The position numbers and the translations under genes were made by a program. This document shows, piece after piece, positions 14,755 to 27,489 of a stretch of DNA of 64,000 bases (positions are counted from its first letter, which is position 1; every line of letters starts with the position of its first letter). Under the pieces are notes generated by a model. That model worked only from the letters and a program-made list of their open reading frames with translations. It ran no database searches and was not told the DNA's origin. The stretch comes from Mobula hypostoma (taxonomy: Eukaryota): assembly GCF_963921235.1 (NCBI RefSeq), contig NC_086111.1, positions 18,538,001 through 18,602,000 of the forward strand, read 5' to 3'.

Positions 14755-14967
14755 TTTTTATTTTGCTTACTTAAGCCCTTCCAGCACAACCCCGTGCTGT
14801 CCAATTACAGCCAAGCAACCAATTAACCTACTAGACTGAATTTCTTTGGAATACGGGAGGGAACCATGTTGTCATGGGGTAAACATACAAACACCTTACA
14901 GACAGGGTCAGAGTTGAATCCAGGTCACTGGCACTGTAATGGTTGTGATAATTCTACCATACTGCCC
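14755..14967 (-). mobile_element. V-SINE-like tRNA-derived SINE nested in CR1
   Basis: Minus strand has B-box-like ggattcaactc then tgtctgtaaggtgtttgtatgttt..ttccctcccgtattccaaaga (V-domain-like); shared with copies at ~30940, 49175, 55952, 63420. Confidence 0.65.
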
Positions 14968-15348
14968 AGTTCTGGGCCCCATATCTAAGGAAGGATGTGC
15001 TGTCATTGGAGAGGGTGCAGAGAACATTTACAGGAATGATCCAGAAAATGAAAGGGTTAATGCATGAGGAGCATTTGATCGCTTTGGGGTTGTACTCAAT
15101 AGGATTTAGAAGGATGTAGGGGAATCTCATTGAAACCTATCAAATGAAGCCTAATTAGAGTGGATGTGGAGAGGACGTTTTCAATAGTGAGGGAGTCTAG
15201 AACCAGAGGACACAGAGTCAGAATACAGGTATGTTCCTTAGGAACAGAGATGAAGAGGAATTTCTTTTACCAGAGGGTGGTGAATTCGTGGAATTCATTG
15301 CCACAGGCAGTTGTGGAGCTGAAGTCATTGGGTATATTTAAAGCAGAA

Positions 15349-16146
15349 ACATAGAAAATCGGTGCAGGAGTAGGCCATTCAGCCCTTCGAGCCTGCACCG
15401 CCATTCAGTATGATCATGGCTGATCATCCAACTCAGAACCCTGCACCAGCCTTCCCTCCATACCCCCTGATCCTTTTAGCCACAAGGGCCATATCTAACT
15501 CCCTCTTAAATATAGCCAATGAACTGGCCTCAACTGTTTCCTGTGGCAGAGAATTCCACAGATTCACCACTCTCTGTGTGAAGAAGTTTTTCCTAATCTC
15601 GGTCCTAAAAGGCTTCCCCTTTATCCTCAAACTGTGACCCCTCGTTCTGGACTTCCCCAACATTGGGAACAATCTTCCTGCATCTAGCCTGTCCAATCCC
15701 TTTAGGATTTTATACGTTTCAATCAGATCCCCCCTCAATCTTCTAAATTCCAACGAGTATAAGCCTAGTTCATCCAGTCTTTCATCATATGAAAGTCCTG
15801 CCATCCCAGGAATCAATCTGGTGAACCTTCTTTGTACTCCCTCTATGGCAAAGATGTCTTTCCTCAGATTAGGGGACCAAAACTGCACACAATACTCCAG
15901 GTGTGGTCTCACCAAGGCCTTGTACAACTGCAGTAGTACCTCCCTGCTCCTGTACTCAAATCCTCTTGCTATAAATGCCAGCATACCATTCGCCTTTTTC
16001 ACCGCCTGCTGTACCTGCATGCCCACTTTCAATGACTGCTGTATAATGACACCCAGGTCTCGTTGCACCTCCCCTTTTCCTAATCGGCCACCATTCAGAT
16101 AATAATCTGTTTTCCTGTTTTTGCCACCAAAGTGGATAACTTCACA
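15349..16146 (-). mobile_element. Young CR1 LINE 3' fragment nested in an older CR1
   Basis: Uninterrupted frame CEVIHFGGKN..LYKALVRPHLEYCVQFWSP..FFTQRVVNLWNSLP..GYG; near-identical to 46008-46966. Confidence 0.95.
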
Positions 16147-16794
16147 GTTGATAAGTTCTTTATTCCTACGAGCGTCAAAGAGGAGAAAGCAGGGAAATAG
16201 GGTTGAGAGGGAAAATAAATCGCAGCTGTGATGGAATGGTGGAGTAGACATGATGGGCAAAATGGCCTAAATCTGCTCCTGTGTCTTAGGGCCTTGTAGT
16301 GGAGAAACTATTCTGTCATCGTAGGTCAGTGCACTAGCTAATCTGGCGTGTGGAGGAATCGCTCACTGCATTCTACTGTGTTATCCAAGAAAAGAGCATT
16401 CACAACAGGGCTGGCAGTTTATTGTAAGGAAATCTATTGAGTAGATTGACAAACTCACGTATAATCTTCAGAGCAGGAAGCATTTAACCTTTCAGATTTA
16501 CAACCTTTCATCAAGTCATTTATTTTGAAGTGTCAACTCAACATTACTTCTTTCTTCATAGATGCCTCTGAGTATTCCTAGCACCTTGTTTTATTTATGG
16601 TAGTTATTCTATTGGACTGGTGATCCAGAGATCTAGTGACGCAAGTTCAAACCCCACTGAGGTACTTAAAATCATTTTTAGTCACTTAATCACTTTAATC
16701 ACTTAAAAGTAAATAAATCCAAAATTTACAACTTGTTAATACTGAGCATGAAATACTCAAGAATGTTTAAAACCCATGTGATGCATTAATAAAC

Positions 16795-16997
16795 AGAAGA
16801 GTTTCTGAGGGTGCTGGAAATTCAGAGCAATGCGCACAAAATGCTGAAGGGACACTGCAAGTCAGGCAGCACTTATGGAGGATAATAAACGGTCAACATT
16901 TCAGTCCTGATGAAGTATCTCGGCCCGAAGCATTGATTCTTTATTCCCCTCCATAGATGCCGCCTGTCCTGCTGTGTCCTTCCAACACTGGTGTGTC
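16795..16997. mobile_element. Short Penelope-derived inverted-arm element with decayed hammerhead-like core
   Basis: cacaaaatgctg..caggcagca..atggagg arm, then cagtcCTGATGAagtatctcggcccGAAg, then the complementary arm ctccatagatgccgcctg. Confidence 0.7.
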
Positions 16998-17689
16998 AGT
17001 ATCCTTTTTACAGAATCAAATCTATTGACCTTGTCTTCCCCAAGATGTGAATACAGACACACTTCAGTGTGAATTAGTCTCTATTGAAATTACCCCAATT
17101 TGAAGTTGTATGAAAATGTGACACACAAAACAGAATACCGTCTGCCATTGACCCCGGTGACAAAAGGGGCACTGATTCTGCAGAGTTCCTCACTAGTTTT
17201 TTGAGAGAGAACCCACAAAATATTCCTGGATTAGTTTGAGACAGTCATGTCTATAGAATCATACTTTCTGGCTGACACTTGGACTTCGCCACCCAATTCT
17301 TCTCTGTCCAGTCCCTTTGACAAATTGATGGCGTTGATAATCAAATGTACAATTGGGAGCGAATGACCTTTCTTAGCACGTGAGTCCCATATTGAACACA
17401 ATTAGAACGAAGTACTGAGAGCATTAAGAGCACAAGATACAGTATATTCAGGATGGAATATAAATATCGATCAACAAGAGTGGCTCAGTAGCACCAGTAT
17501 AGACCAGACTGGGTGTGATCTGTAGGGTATGGCTTTCAAATTAATCCTGAGTCAGATGGTGAAAGAACTAGCCAGATCTATGTATCCTCAAACCTATCAT
17601 TTGCTCTGTTGCAAATGGATGGGCATCTTGGTTAGCCCAGACATTTGGGCCAAAGGGCCTTTTCCCATGCTGTATATGACCCTATATGA

Positions 17690-18236
17690 ATGAGGCCTTC
17701 GTTGGTCAAGGTCGACCATGGATGTTGTGTCCGAGCTGTCCAGCTACACAAGCCAGAGCAGTATGGTATGGAGAGCAAGCTGTTCCCCCTCTCCATGCAT
17801 CTGATGAACCCAAAGGGATGGCAGAGACTGATATAGTTTGGTACCAGCAGCATTGCAGGAGTTGTCAGTCAGGGTTGAACTCAATGTAGGACTGCCTTAG
17901 GGACTCCAGCTCTGGATTTTTCTCTTGGAGTTTACTCCTGAAGCCTTCCCCATGAGTGGGTGTGGCCTCAAGGCAACGGAGGTTTGAGATCAGAGTTGTC
18001 CTCCTTTGAGATGAGCTGCTAACCATATCTGACTATCCCCATCTGCCCAAAGTTTTAAGGCATTAGTAACCCACCTTTGCTCCTGCTCTTGTCAGTAGAA
18101 ATGGTTCGGCCGGGCTTAGTAGCTAAGCCACATGTGAAGGCCAGGAGCTGTTTGAGGTGCACACCATTGGGAGCATTTAATAGGTAGCAGGAGCTTGCCC
18201 CCATTACCACCCCTGGCCATAACAACCTTAAGAAAC
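17690..18236 (-). mobile_element. Non-autonomous RTE-derived repeat
   Basis: Minus-strand end catccatggtcgaccttgaccaacgaaggcc resembles RTE 3' termini; shares segments (tttggtaccagc, ggagtttactcctgaagcctt) with 42150-42765. Confidence 0.5.
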
Positions 18237-19621
18237 CAACATGGAGACCTCATGGATTCAGAATTCCATTCTCGGGAGCACATGTTTTGTGGAACTTCAT
18301 ATCCTAACTAGGAGAGTTCTGACATTTCAAAGATGTACCTGGAAAAGAGTCTATGGGCTTCAGTCTGTAACTACATTGCAATTCAACTACAGGAATATGG
18401 TAAGTGAACACCTATCATTGCCTGATATGAGTTCTCAACCTGGTGAAACTGTAACACAGATCACACAGTAGTTGTCGCTCAGTTAAGTGGACAGTTGAAA
18501 AACATGCAAAGGAGTTCCATTATTATCCTCAACATTCTGAATGCAAAAAGTAAAGGCTAAAAATTTCTCAACCATGCTCAGTCACAATTGCTGAGTGAAT
18601 GATCCATTTAGGTTCCCACTGTCACAGAAACCAGTCTTCAACCAATTTGATTCATTCCATGTGATGTTAAGAAACAGTCAAACATAATAGAAACAACAAA
18701 GTCTGTAAGCCCTTGCAATGCTCCACCTGTCATGCTGAAGACTTAGCTGTACTTGCAGTTGTTCTGAAATGAGTCATTTTTGGTAACTATTCAGCAGTGG
18801 GAAACCAAAAACACAAGGACAAATCCAAGGTAGCCAGTTTTTGTGACCACTTGACCGTTGGCGGGGTGATGGAGGGATTATTGACAGTGTATTCAAGAAA
18901 GAACTACAAGCACATTTTCACCAGTTACTTCTCATCAAAGTTGACTTTGGGTTAAGTCGTTATCACTCTTGTCTAATTGTCATTGCAGTATGATCTAAAC
19001 GTGGACTTGTATGAGTGTACAAAATATTTGCGCACCATTTAGCTGACATAGCATCAAGAAAACAGAATAAAATTGAAATCAGCAGGCATTAAGGGAGGAA
19101 AAAAAAACATTTCTGTTAAAATTAGAATAAGGATCGTCTTCCTTTTTGCTCGTTGTGGGAAGTTGCCCAAACTTGAGATATCATTGCACACGTTCCTCAG
19201 GCTAGTTTCCTCTGTCCAACTGTCTTTAGTTGCTTCATCACTCAGCTTTCTTCCATTGCAAGGCTGGAATAAGGGCGTTCATTGGTGTGAATGGAACTGA
19301 ACACATCTCCAATACTGAGGCACTCTGCATGTATGTTCATAAGCAGCAGATCTGGCCAGCATTTGCACATGGAGATACATTTCAAATAATGGCCATGTCG
19401 CATTCTGGGGCAGCGCACTTATCCTTGGTCCCCATTTGGACATTCCGCTGTCACCTGTGACTCCAAGTAGCTGTTTGCCACGCCCCAGTACAATGCTTTG
19501 ACAGGTGAGCTAGACCAGGTAAGGGAAGCCAGTAGACCTCATACCCCAGTGAGATAGGGACATGTCTGTCCCAGCATGAAAAGTTAGCTCCAGCAGACTG
19601 GGCGGGTGAGATCCAACAGTA

Positions 19622-21053
19622 AAACACACAATATGTTGGAGGAACTCAGAGGATCAGGCAGCATTTTGGAGGCATCTTGGCCTGAAACGTTGCCTCTTTA
19701 TTCCTTTCCATAGTTGCTGCCTGACCCTGCTGAGTTCCTCCAGCATTTTGCTCTGGATTTTTTATACTTTATACTTTATTGTCGCCAAACAATTGGTACT
19801 AGAACATACAATCATCACAGTGATATTTGATTCTGTGCTTCACACTCCCTGGACTACAAATATTAAATACTAAAAATATTAAAAATAGTTAAAGTTAGTA
19901 AATATTAAAATTTTAAATTATAAATTATAAATAGAAAATAGAAAAATGGGAAGTAAGGTAGCGCAAAAAAACCAAGAGGCAGATCCGGATATTTGGAGGG
20001 TACGGCCCAGATCTGGGTCAGGATCCGTTCAGCAGTCTTATCACAGTTGGAAAGAAGCTGTTCCCAAATCTAGCTGTATGAGTCTTCAAGCTCCTGAACC
20101 TTCTCCTGGAGGGAAGAGGGACGAAAAGTGTGTTGGCTGGGTGGGTCGTGTCCTTGATTATCCTGGCAGCACTGCTCCGACAGCGTGCAGTGTAAAGTGA
20201 GTCCACGGACAGAAGATTGGTTTGTGTGATGTGCTGCGCCGTGTTCACGATCTTCTGCAGCTTCTTTCGGTCTTGGACAGGACAACTTCCATACCAGGTT
20301 GTGATGCACCCTAGAAGAATGCTTTCTATGGTGCATCTATAAAAATTAGTGAGGGTTTTAGGGGACAGGCCAAATTTCGTTAGTTTTCTCAGGAAGTAAA
20401 GGAGCTGATGGGCCTTCTTGGCAGTGAACTCTGCTTGGTTGGACCAAGTCAGGTCATTTGTGATATTGACCCCGAGGAACTTAAAGCTTTTGACCTGTTT
20501 CACTTGTGCACCACCAATGTAAATTGGGTCTTGCAGTCCGCTACTCCTTCTGAAGTCAACAACTAATTCCTTCGTCTTGCTGACGTTGAGGGATAGGTTA
20601 TTGTCTTCGCACCATGCCACCAGGTTCTTAATTTCCTCTCTGTACTCAAACTCATCATTACCTGACATATGGCCTACAATTGTGGTGTCATCAGCAAACT
20701 TATATATTGAGTTTGATGGAAACTTGGCTACACAATCATGGGTGTACAGTGAGTACAGCAGGGGGCTGAGTACACAGCCTTGGGGGGCACCGGTGCTCAG
20801 AGTGATTGTAGAGGAGAGTTTGTCTCCTATTTTTACAGCCTGGGTCCTGTCTGTGAGGAAGTTGAAGATCCAGCTGCAGATGTAAGTGCTAAGGCCCAGG
20901 TTCCGGAGCCTAGGAATCAATTTATTTGGAATGATGATATTAAAGGCAGAGCTGTCGTCAATGAAAAGGAGCCTTACGTATGCGTCTTTATTCTCCAGGT
21001 GTTCTAAGGAGGAATGTAGGGCCAGAGAGATGGCATCTGCAGAATCTCTTGTG
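19622..21053. mobile_element. Short Penelope-derived inverted-arm element split by a LINE
   Basis: Arms at 19622-19760; the family terminus ctctggattt|..|gcatctgcagaatctcttgtg resumes at 21033-21053; possible cagta TSD. Confidence 0.7.
19761..21040 (-). mobile_element. Young 5'-truncated Rex1/Babar-type LINE (RT plus C-terminal domain)
   Basis: ~340 uninterrupted codons: VRLLFIDDSSAFN, STGAPQGCVLSPLLYSLYT, KFADDT, FKFLGV, KKAHQLLYFLRKL, NSFFPTVIRLLN; (tttatac)n tail. Confidence 0.92.
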
Positions 21054-23267
21054 CAGTAGTAGATCCGATAGGCTGGAAGGTGGTTGTGCAAAGCGTGGAC
21101 AATGACAAAGTTGACAAGGCACAGAGGTCGTCATGGTCACCCACTGCAACCAAGGAAGACCCCAGTTCTGATGATTTGTGCTACCCCTGGATCCGGACTT
21201 CTGAAGTCAAGACAGTGGAACTATCAAGGTGTAACGGCTTCTACACTTTAAAAACTCTTGCACTCAGGTTTGCTGTCATCGCAGATACGATGAACAGCCA
21301 GTCACAATCATGTCACTAAATGTCTAATCTCCTCTTCGTACCATTCAATGACATTAGCATCATTGAGTTTCCACTGTGAACGACATGGTGTTCACTATTG
21401 ACCAGGAGTCTAGTTGAACTGACTGTATAAATAAAGTGGCTACCAGAGCAGATTGAACACTAGGTGTTCAATGCCACAGCTCAGTGGAAAAGAGAAACCT
21501 TCCCAGTCACCGGGTACAGTCTTCTCCCCTCTGTCATGTGTGCATTCAGTCTTCGCTGAATTCTGCACGAAGAGCACAGGTGGTGGTGTCACCGATTATC
21601 TGACTGACTGAAAATTCACAATTATTGATCAATCCCACTTTATCTACCTGCGCACAAGGAGAACAGCATGGCTCCTGTCACTACACTGTTCAGATCTCGG
21701 AACAAAGACGCCATTTTTATACAGAAATTTAGGAGTTGGATACAGATATTGACCAATTGGTAACCTTAAGGGTCTTCAAAACCTTATTTGCATGATCAAT
21801 CACCAACCACCCAATTGTAATACAGATGGTAATAGCCAATAGAATATACACATTAAAGTCCAGTAATGTTTCAGAATTAGTAAGATGGCAATTGTAACCT
21901 TAGAATCCTTTATTTGCATCTTTATCAGTATGCCAAATGGCTCTGGTCCTCTGGCACATTCATGGATTTCAGCTTTGACAGACCTGTAAAGAAACCTTGG
22001 CCAAGTAACAAGAGTGCAGAAGTATGTGCTAAAAGATTCTCTCCAGTTCAGAGCAACCAATGCAAAGGTTCTGTGGGGAAAGACATTGGTCCCCAGTGGG
22101 GTCCTGCCACCTTGGGACATAGAGGGGCTGGACCCTGTGTAATAGATAATTCACTGGTGCAATGTTTGGCATGAAACTTGTTGTGACTTTGACATGTTGA
22201 GCATATTGCATTGCAAATTACTAATTCACTAGGCACACCAATTCAGAATAATGTGGGGTATAGATGATAGGGAACATGGTCTGTGTTGCTGCACAGCTGG
22301 AATTTTCTATATGATGTTAATATGTTATGCTAATATAATTTGGAAATCTGTTAATTAGTATAATCCACTAATTTTCTAAATGAGCAAATGTAGCACAACC
22401 TTTACTTTGGTAGAATTCAAGCTTCAATGTATTTACATTGTCGAGGTTTCAAGTTACAACATTGTTACAAATTGTAACAATAAACACAGAATGGAAGTTG
22501 GTAGCTCATTGTTAGTAAACCGCTGGCCCGCTGAATGACACTGTAATATGCATATTACAAAGAAAACAATTAAATTGTCGCGCAGATTTCAGGCAGTGTA
22601 AAGACTTCCTGCTCAGAGCAAGGGTTGGTTCACTCAGCTGTAAAATAAACAGTGAGAGAGAACATTGAAAGTTAACATAACATCATGGGCCAAAGGGCCT
22701 GTACTGTGTTGTAGTGTTCTATGTTCTATAGCTGATAAATTATCTTCACATTTTGCCCTTAAAGGATTTTTAAAAGACTAGGGGAATAAATGTGATGTGT
22801 CTGAAAACTAATTGTGTTCCCATGCAATATTGCTTTTAATTCGTCATTTAAATGAATGTGTAATAATAGGACTTTTAAACAAAAGAATCTGGGAAGGGGA
22901 CTTTTCTTCCTATTCCCAGGACTCCAGCACTTTGCTCCTTCAGGCAGCTGTCTGGAGGTCTTTCCTGTACTGCTTTCAGCTCACAAGTCAATGTGCACAA
23001 GAATAGAATTGAGTTAATTATCCCCAGTCAAATTGAATTCATTTTTAACATCCCCCATCTCTCTTGCTCCCTCCTGGAGCTCCCGTTGGCCCACTGTTTC
23101 GAACCTTCAACACTGAGAAAATCAGGAATGAGGATCCATGTTCTGTCATATTTGAACACAAAAGATCGGTTCCTTTTTAAAAGTTGTTTTGCTTGCCTTA
23201 ACATTACTGAGACAAAGCATAATTAGACTTCACTGTCAATGTGAATAAAATATTTGATGTTGAACAT

Positions 23268-26145
23268 CAAAATAATGCTGGAGGAATCCGGCATGTCGAC
23301 CAGCATCTATGGGAGTGAATAAACGGCTGACGTTTCTGGGCTGAAACCCTGCATCAGGTTTTGAAAGGAAGGTGGGGAGAAGCCGGAGTGGGAAGGTGGG
23401 GAGAAGCCGGAGTGGGAAGGTGGGGAGAAGCCGGAGTGGGAAGGTGGGGAGAAGCCGGAGTGGGAAGGTGGGAGAAGTTGGAGTGGGAAGGTGGGGGAGA
23501 AGCTGGAGTGGGAAGGTGGGAGAAGCTGGAGTGGGAAGGTGGGGGAGAAGCCGGAGCCGGAAGGTGGGAGAAGCCGGAGCCGGAAGGTGGGAGAAGCCGG
23601 AGTGGGAAGGTGGGAGAAGCTGGAGCGGGAAGATGGGAGGAGCCGGAGCGGGAAGGTGGGGAGAAGCCGGAGCGGGAAGGTGGGAGAAGCCGGAGTGGGA
23701 AGGTGGGAGAAGCTGGAGCGGGAAGATGGGAGGAGCCGGAGTGGGAAGGTGGGGAGAAGCCGGAGCGGGAAGGTGGGAGAAGCCGGAGTGGGAAGGGGGA
23801 GAAGCCGGGAGAAGCCAGAGTGGGAAGGTGGGGAGAAGCCGGAGCGGGAAGGGGGGAGAAGCTGGAGCGGGAAGGTGGGAGAAGCTGGAGTGGGAAAGGG
23901 GAGAAGCCGGGAGAAGCCAGAGTGGGAAGGTGGGGAGAAGCCGGAGCGGGAAGGGGGGAGAAGCCGGAGCGGGAAGGTGGGAGAAGCCGGAGCGGGAAGG
24001 TGGGAGAAGCCGGAGCGGGAAGCGGGGGAGAAGCCGGACTGGGAAGGGGGGGAGAAGCTGGACTGGGAAGGTGGGGAGAAGCCGGAGCGGGAAGGTGGGA
24101 GAAGCCGGAGTGGGAAGCGGGGAAGAAGCCGGAGTGGAAAGGTGGGAGAAGCCGGAGTGGGAAGGGGGGGAGAAGCCGGACTGGGAAGGTGGGAGAAGCC
24201 AGAGCGGGAAGGTGGGAGAAGCCGGAGCGGGAAGGTGGGGAGAAGCCGGAGCCGGAAGGGGGGAGAAGCCGGAGCCGGAAGGGGGAAGAAAGCCGGAGCG
24301 GGAAGGGGGAAGAAAGTCGGAGTGGGAAGGTGGGAGAAGCTGGAGCGGGAAGGTGGGGAGAAGCCGGAGTGGGAAGGTGGGAGAGGAGCAGGAAGGGGGG
24401 GAGAAGCCGGAGCGGGAAGAGGAGAGAGGCCGGAGTGGGAAGGTGGGGGAGAAGCTGGAGCGGGAAGGTGGGGGAGAAGCCGGAGCGGGAAGGGGGGAAG
24501 GTGGGAGAAGCCGGAGCGGGAAGGGGGGGAGAAATCGGAGCGGGAAGGTGGGAGAGGAGCAGGAAGGGGGGGAGAAGCCGGAGCGGGAAGAGGAGAGAGG
24601 CCGGAGCGGGAAGTGGGGGAGAAGCTGGAGCGGGAAGTGGGGGAGAAGCCGGAGTGGGAAGGGGGGAGAAGCCGGAGTGGGAAGGTGGGGGAGAAGCCGG
24701 AGTGGGAAGGTGGGAGAAGCCGGAGAGGGAAGGGGGGAAGGTGGGAGAAGCCGGAGCGGGAAGGGGGGGAGAAGCCGGAGCGGGAAGGTGGGAGAGGAGC
24801 AGGAAGGGGGGGAGAAGCCGGAGTGGGAAGAGGAGAGAGGCCGGAGTGGGAAGGTGGGAGAGAAGCTGGAGCGGGAAGTGGGGGAGAAGCCGGAGCGGGA
24901 AGGGGGGAGAAGCCGGAGCGGGAAGGGGGGAGAAGCCGGAGTGGGAAGGGGGGAGAAAGCCGGAGCGGGAAGGGGGAAGAAAGTCGGAGTGGGAAGGTGG
25001 GAGAAGCTGGAGCGGGAAGGTGGGGAGAAGCCGGAGTGGGAAGGTGGGAGAGGAGCAGGAAGGGGGGGAGAAGCCGGAGCGGGAAGAGGAGAGAGGCCGG
25101 AGTGGGAAGGTGGGGGAGAAGCTGGAGCGGGAAGGTGGGGGAGAAGCCGGAGCGGGAAGGGGGGAAGGTGGGAGAAGCCGGAGCGGGAAGGGGGGAGAAA
25201 TCGGAGCGGGAAGGTGGGAGAGGAGCAGGAAGGGGGGAGAAGCCGGAGCGGGAAGAGGAGAGAGGCCGGAGCGGGAAGTGGGGGAGAAGCTGGAGCGGGA
25301 AGTGGGGGAGAAGCCGGAGTGGGAAGGGGGGAGAAGCCGGAGTGGGAAGGTGGGGGAGAAGCCGGAGTGGGAAGGTGGGAGAAGCCGGAGCGGGAAGGGG
25401 GGAAGGTGGGAGAAGCCGGAGCGGGAAGGGGGGGAGAAGCCGGAGCGGGAAGGTGGGAGAGGAGCAGGAAGGGGGGGAGAAGCCGGAGTGGGAAGAGGAG
25501 AGAGGCCGGAGTGGGAAGGTGGGAGAGAAGCTGGAGCGGGAAGTGGGGGAGAAGCCGGAGCGGGAAGGGGGGAGAAGCCGGAGCGGGAAGGGGGGAGAAG
25601 CCGGAGTGGGAAGGTGGGGGAGAAGCCGGAGTGGGAAGGTGGGAGAAGCCGGAGCGGGAAGGGGGGAAGGTGGGAGAAGCCGGAGCGGGAAGTGGGGTGA
25701 AGCCGGAGCGGGAGGATGGGGAGAAGCCGGAGCGGGAAGGTGGGAGAAGCCGGAGCGGGAAGGTGGGGAGAAGCCGGAGCGGGAAGGTGGGAGAAGCCGG
25801 GGCGGGAAGGTGGGGAGAAGCCGGAGTGGGATGGTGGGGAGAGGCCTGAGTGGGAAGGTGGGAGAAGCCGGAGCGGGAAGGGGGGAAGGTGGGGAGAAGC
25901 CGGAGTGGGAAGGTGGGGGAGAAGCCGGAGTGGGAAGGTGGGAGACGAGAACCCATAGAACAGCCGAGATCACAGAGGGGGAGCAGGGAGAGAGCGTCTC
26001 ACTGAATTCTAGTTGTGTTCTGCCTGATGAAGGGTTTCGGCCCCAAATGTCGACTCTCTTCCTTTCCAGAGATGCTGCCTGACCTGTTAAGTTCCTCCAG
26101 CGTTTTATGTGCATCACCCTGGATTTCCAGAATCTCTTGTGTTTA
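23268..26145. mobile_element. Penelope-derived element whose inverted arms enclose the G-rich minisatellite
   Basis: Left arm 23268-23360 (aatgctggaggaatc..gacgtttctgggctgaaaccctgcatcagg) is the imperfect reverse complement of right arm 26023-26110 (cctgatgaagggtttcggccccaaatgtcgact..gttcctccagcgtt). Confidence 0.75.
23365..25943 (+). repeat. G/purine-rich minisatellite, ~24-bp unit GAAGCCGGAG(T/C)GGGAAGGTGGG(G)A, >100 copies
   Basis: 24-bp period (agccgg at 23381, 23405, 23429) with 23-25-bp variants; higher-order ~667-bp duplication. Confidence 0.98.
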
Positions 26146-26487
26146 CTTGATACTTAAATCTAGATTACTTGATAAACATCCAAGAAAGAGTTTGTATGTA
26201 ACAAGGCACATTCTTCTCGTAAGCAGCCATAAAAAATGCAGAAATGTAATATAAGATAAAATTTAAAGGAAAATACCTTTTTTTTTCTTTCATATTTGAA
26301 ATCTAGTCTGAAGGCTATTAACTGTTTGTGTACCAGTCATTCATCTGCCTTTTTAATATATATAGATGAGGTCCCACCCAACAATTGTACCTGTTGTATA
26401 TAACTGAATTCATGACACTTTTGTGAGGGGCAAATACAAACGTTTGTAAAAAGATCTGTGGTTAATCTCAAATGTTCAATGAATATA

Positions 26488-27029
26488 CATTCAGTAGCCT
26501 CTTTATTAGCTATGGGAGTGGAACCTGGTATGGTCTTCTACTGCTGAGGCTCATTCTCCTAGGTTAAGATTGTTCTGTGCTCAGAGATGCTCTTCTGCAC
26601 ATCACTGTTGTAACACATGGTTATTTAAGTTACTTTTGCCTTCCTGTCAGCTTGAATCAGTCTGGCCATTCTCCTCTGATCTCTCTCTCGTACAAGGCGT
26701 TTTCACCCACTGGATATTTTCTTTTGGTTTTTTTTGCACCATTCTCTGTAAACTCTAGAGATTGCTGTCTGTGAAAATCCCAGGAGATCAGTAGTTTCTG
26801 AGATACTCAAACCACCCTGTCTGGCACCAACAATCATTCCATGTTCAAAGTCACTTAGATCAAATTTCGTCCCCAGACTGATGTTTGATCTGAGCAACAT
26901 CTGAACCTCTTGACCATGTCTGCATGCTTTTGTGCATTGAGTTGTTGTCACATGATTCGATGTGGCTGATTAGGTATTTGCTTTAATGAGCAGGCGTATG
27001 GATGTACCTAATAAAATGGCCAGTGAGTG
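26488..27029 (-). mobile_element. Non-autonomous Tc1-like element, same family as 13204-13831
   Basis: TIRs cattcagtagcctctttattag / cctaataaaatggccagtgagtg; ORF remnant DLSDFEHGMIVGARQGGLSISETTDLLGFSQTAISRVYREW. Confidence 0.85.
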
Positions 27030-27489
27030 CAAGCCTGAAAAACTATTGATTGTTGGAACAGGTGATTGGATTTATAAATGGGTGAACTGCTGGCTACAAT
27101 TACAGACATGTGGTGCTGCTGAAATGCCTTTAAGATGAGAGCGAATTTGGGGGTTATTCAGTTACAACAGTTCTGTGAATTTTGTCTTAAATATTCTTTA
27201 AATGATGGTTCCTCAGGGCTGGGTTCAGTTCCAAAGGCAACTGTGCGTTTTTCAGTTTCTCTCTTCAGTAATCATTCTGCAGGAGTCAGACCCTGTTCGT
27301 GTCCGATGCTCTGTTGCTGCATTTAACCAGTTGGGTCATCTGTGGCATATTTTAATTTTATTATCTCTTATGCAGGACCATTAAATAGTCTCTCATTTGT
27401 CAAAATGAATTTTGGAATTGCTTTCTTCAGCTGCATGGTAGTCGTTAAAACAGTTCAGCCTATTTTCTCTTCATCCAATGACAAATTAA

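Larger units (their letters stand above)
14585..16290 (+). mobile_element. Older CR1 3' fragment, interrupted twice by nested insertions
   Basis: CR1 C-terminal sequence runs 14585-14752, 14967-15348 and 16146-16290 and reads continuously when the inserts are removed. Confidence 0.8.

Noticed and set aside
15433-16260. 275-aa host gene
   Set aside because: Chimeric frame: CR1 ORF2 C-terminus fused to antisense sequence of the older CR1 it inserted into
20018-21091. Intact 357-aa reverse transcriptase gene
   Set aside because: 5'-truncated LINE; the first ~16 codons come from flanking DNA and there is no endonuclease or promoter
23365-25943. Immunoglobulin switch-like region (G-rich, some AGCT)
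   Set aside because: No Ig segments in the window; AGCT occurs only in a minority of units; origin explained by the flanking element
23236-26117. Five 780-940 aa ORFs on both strands
   Set aside because: Artefacts of a T-poor (A-poor on the minus strand) minisatellite that cannot form stop codons; low-complexity translations in several frames
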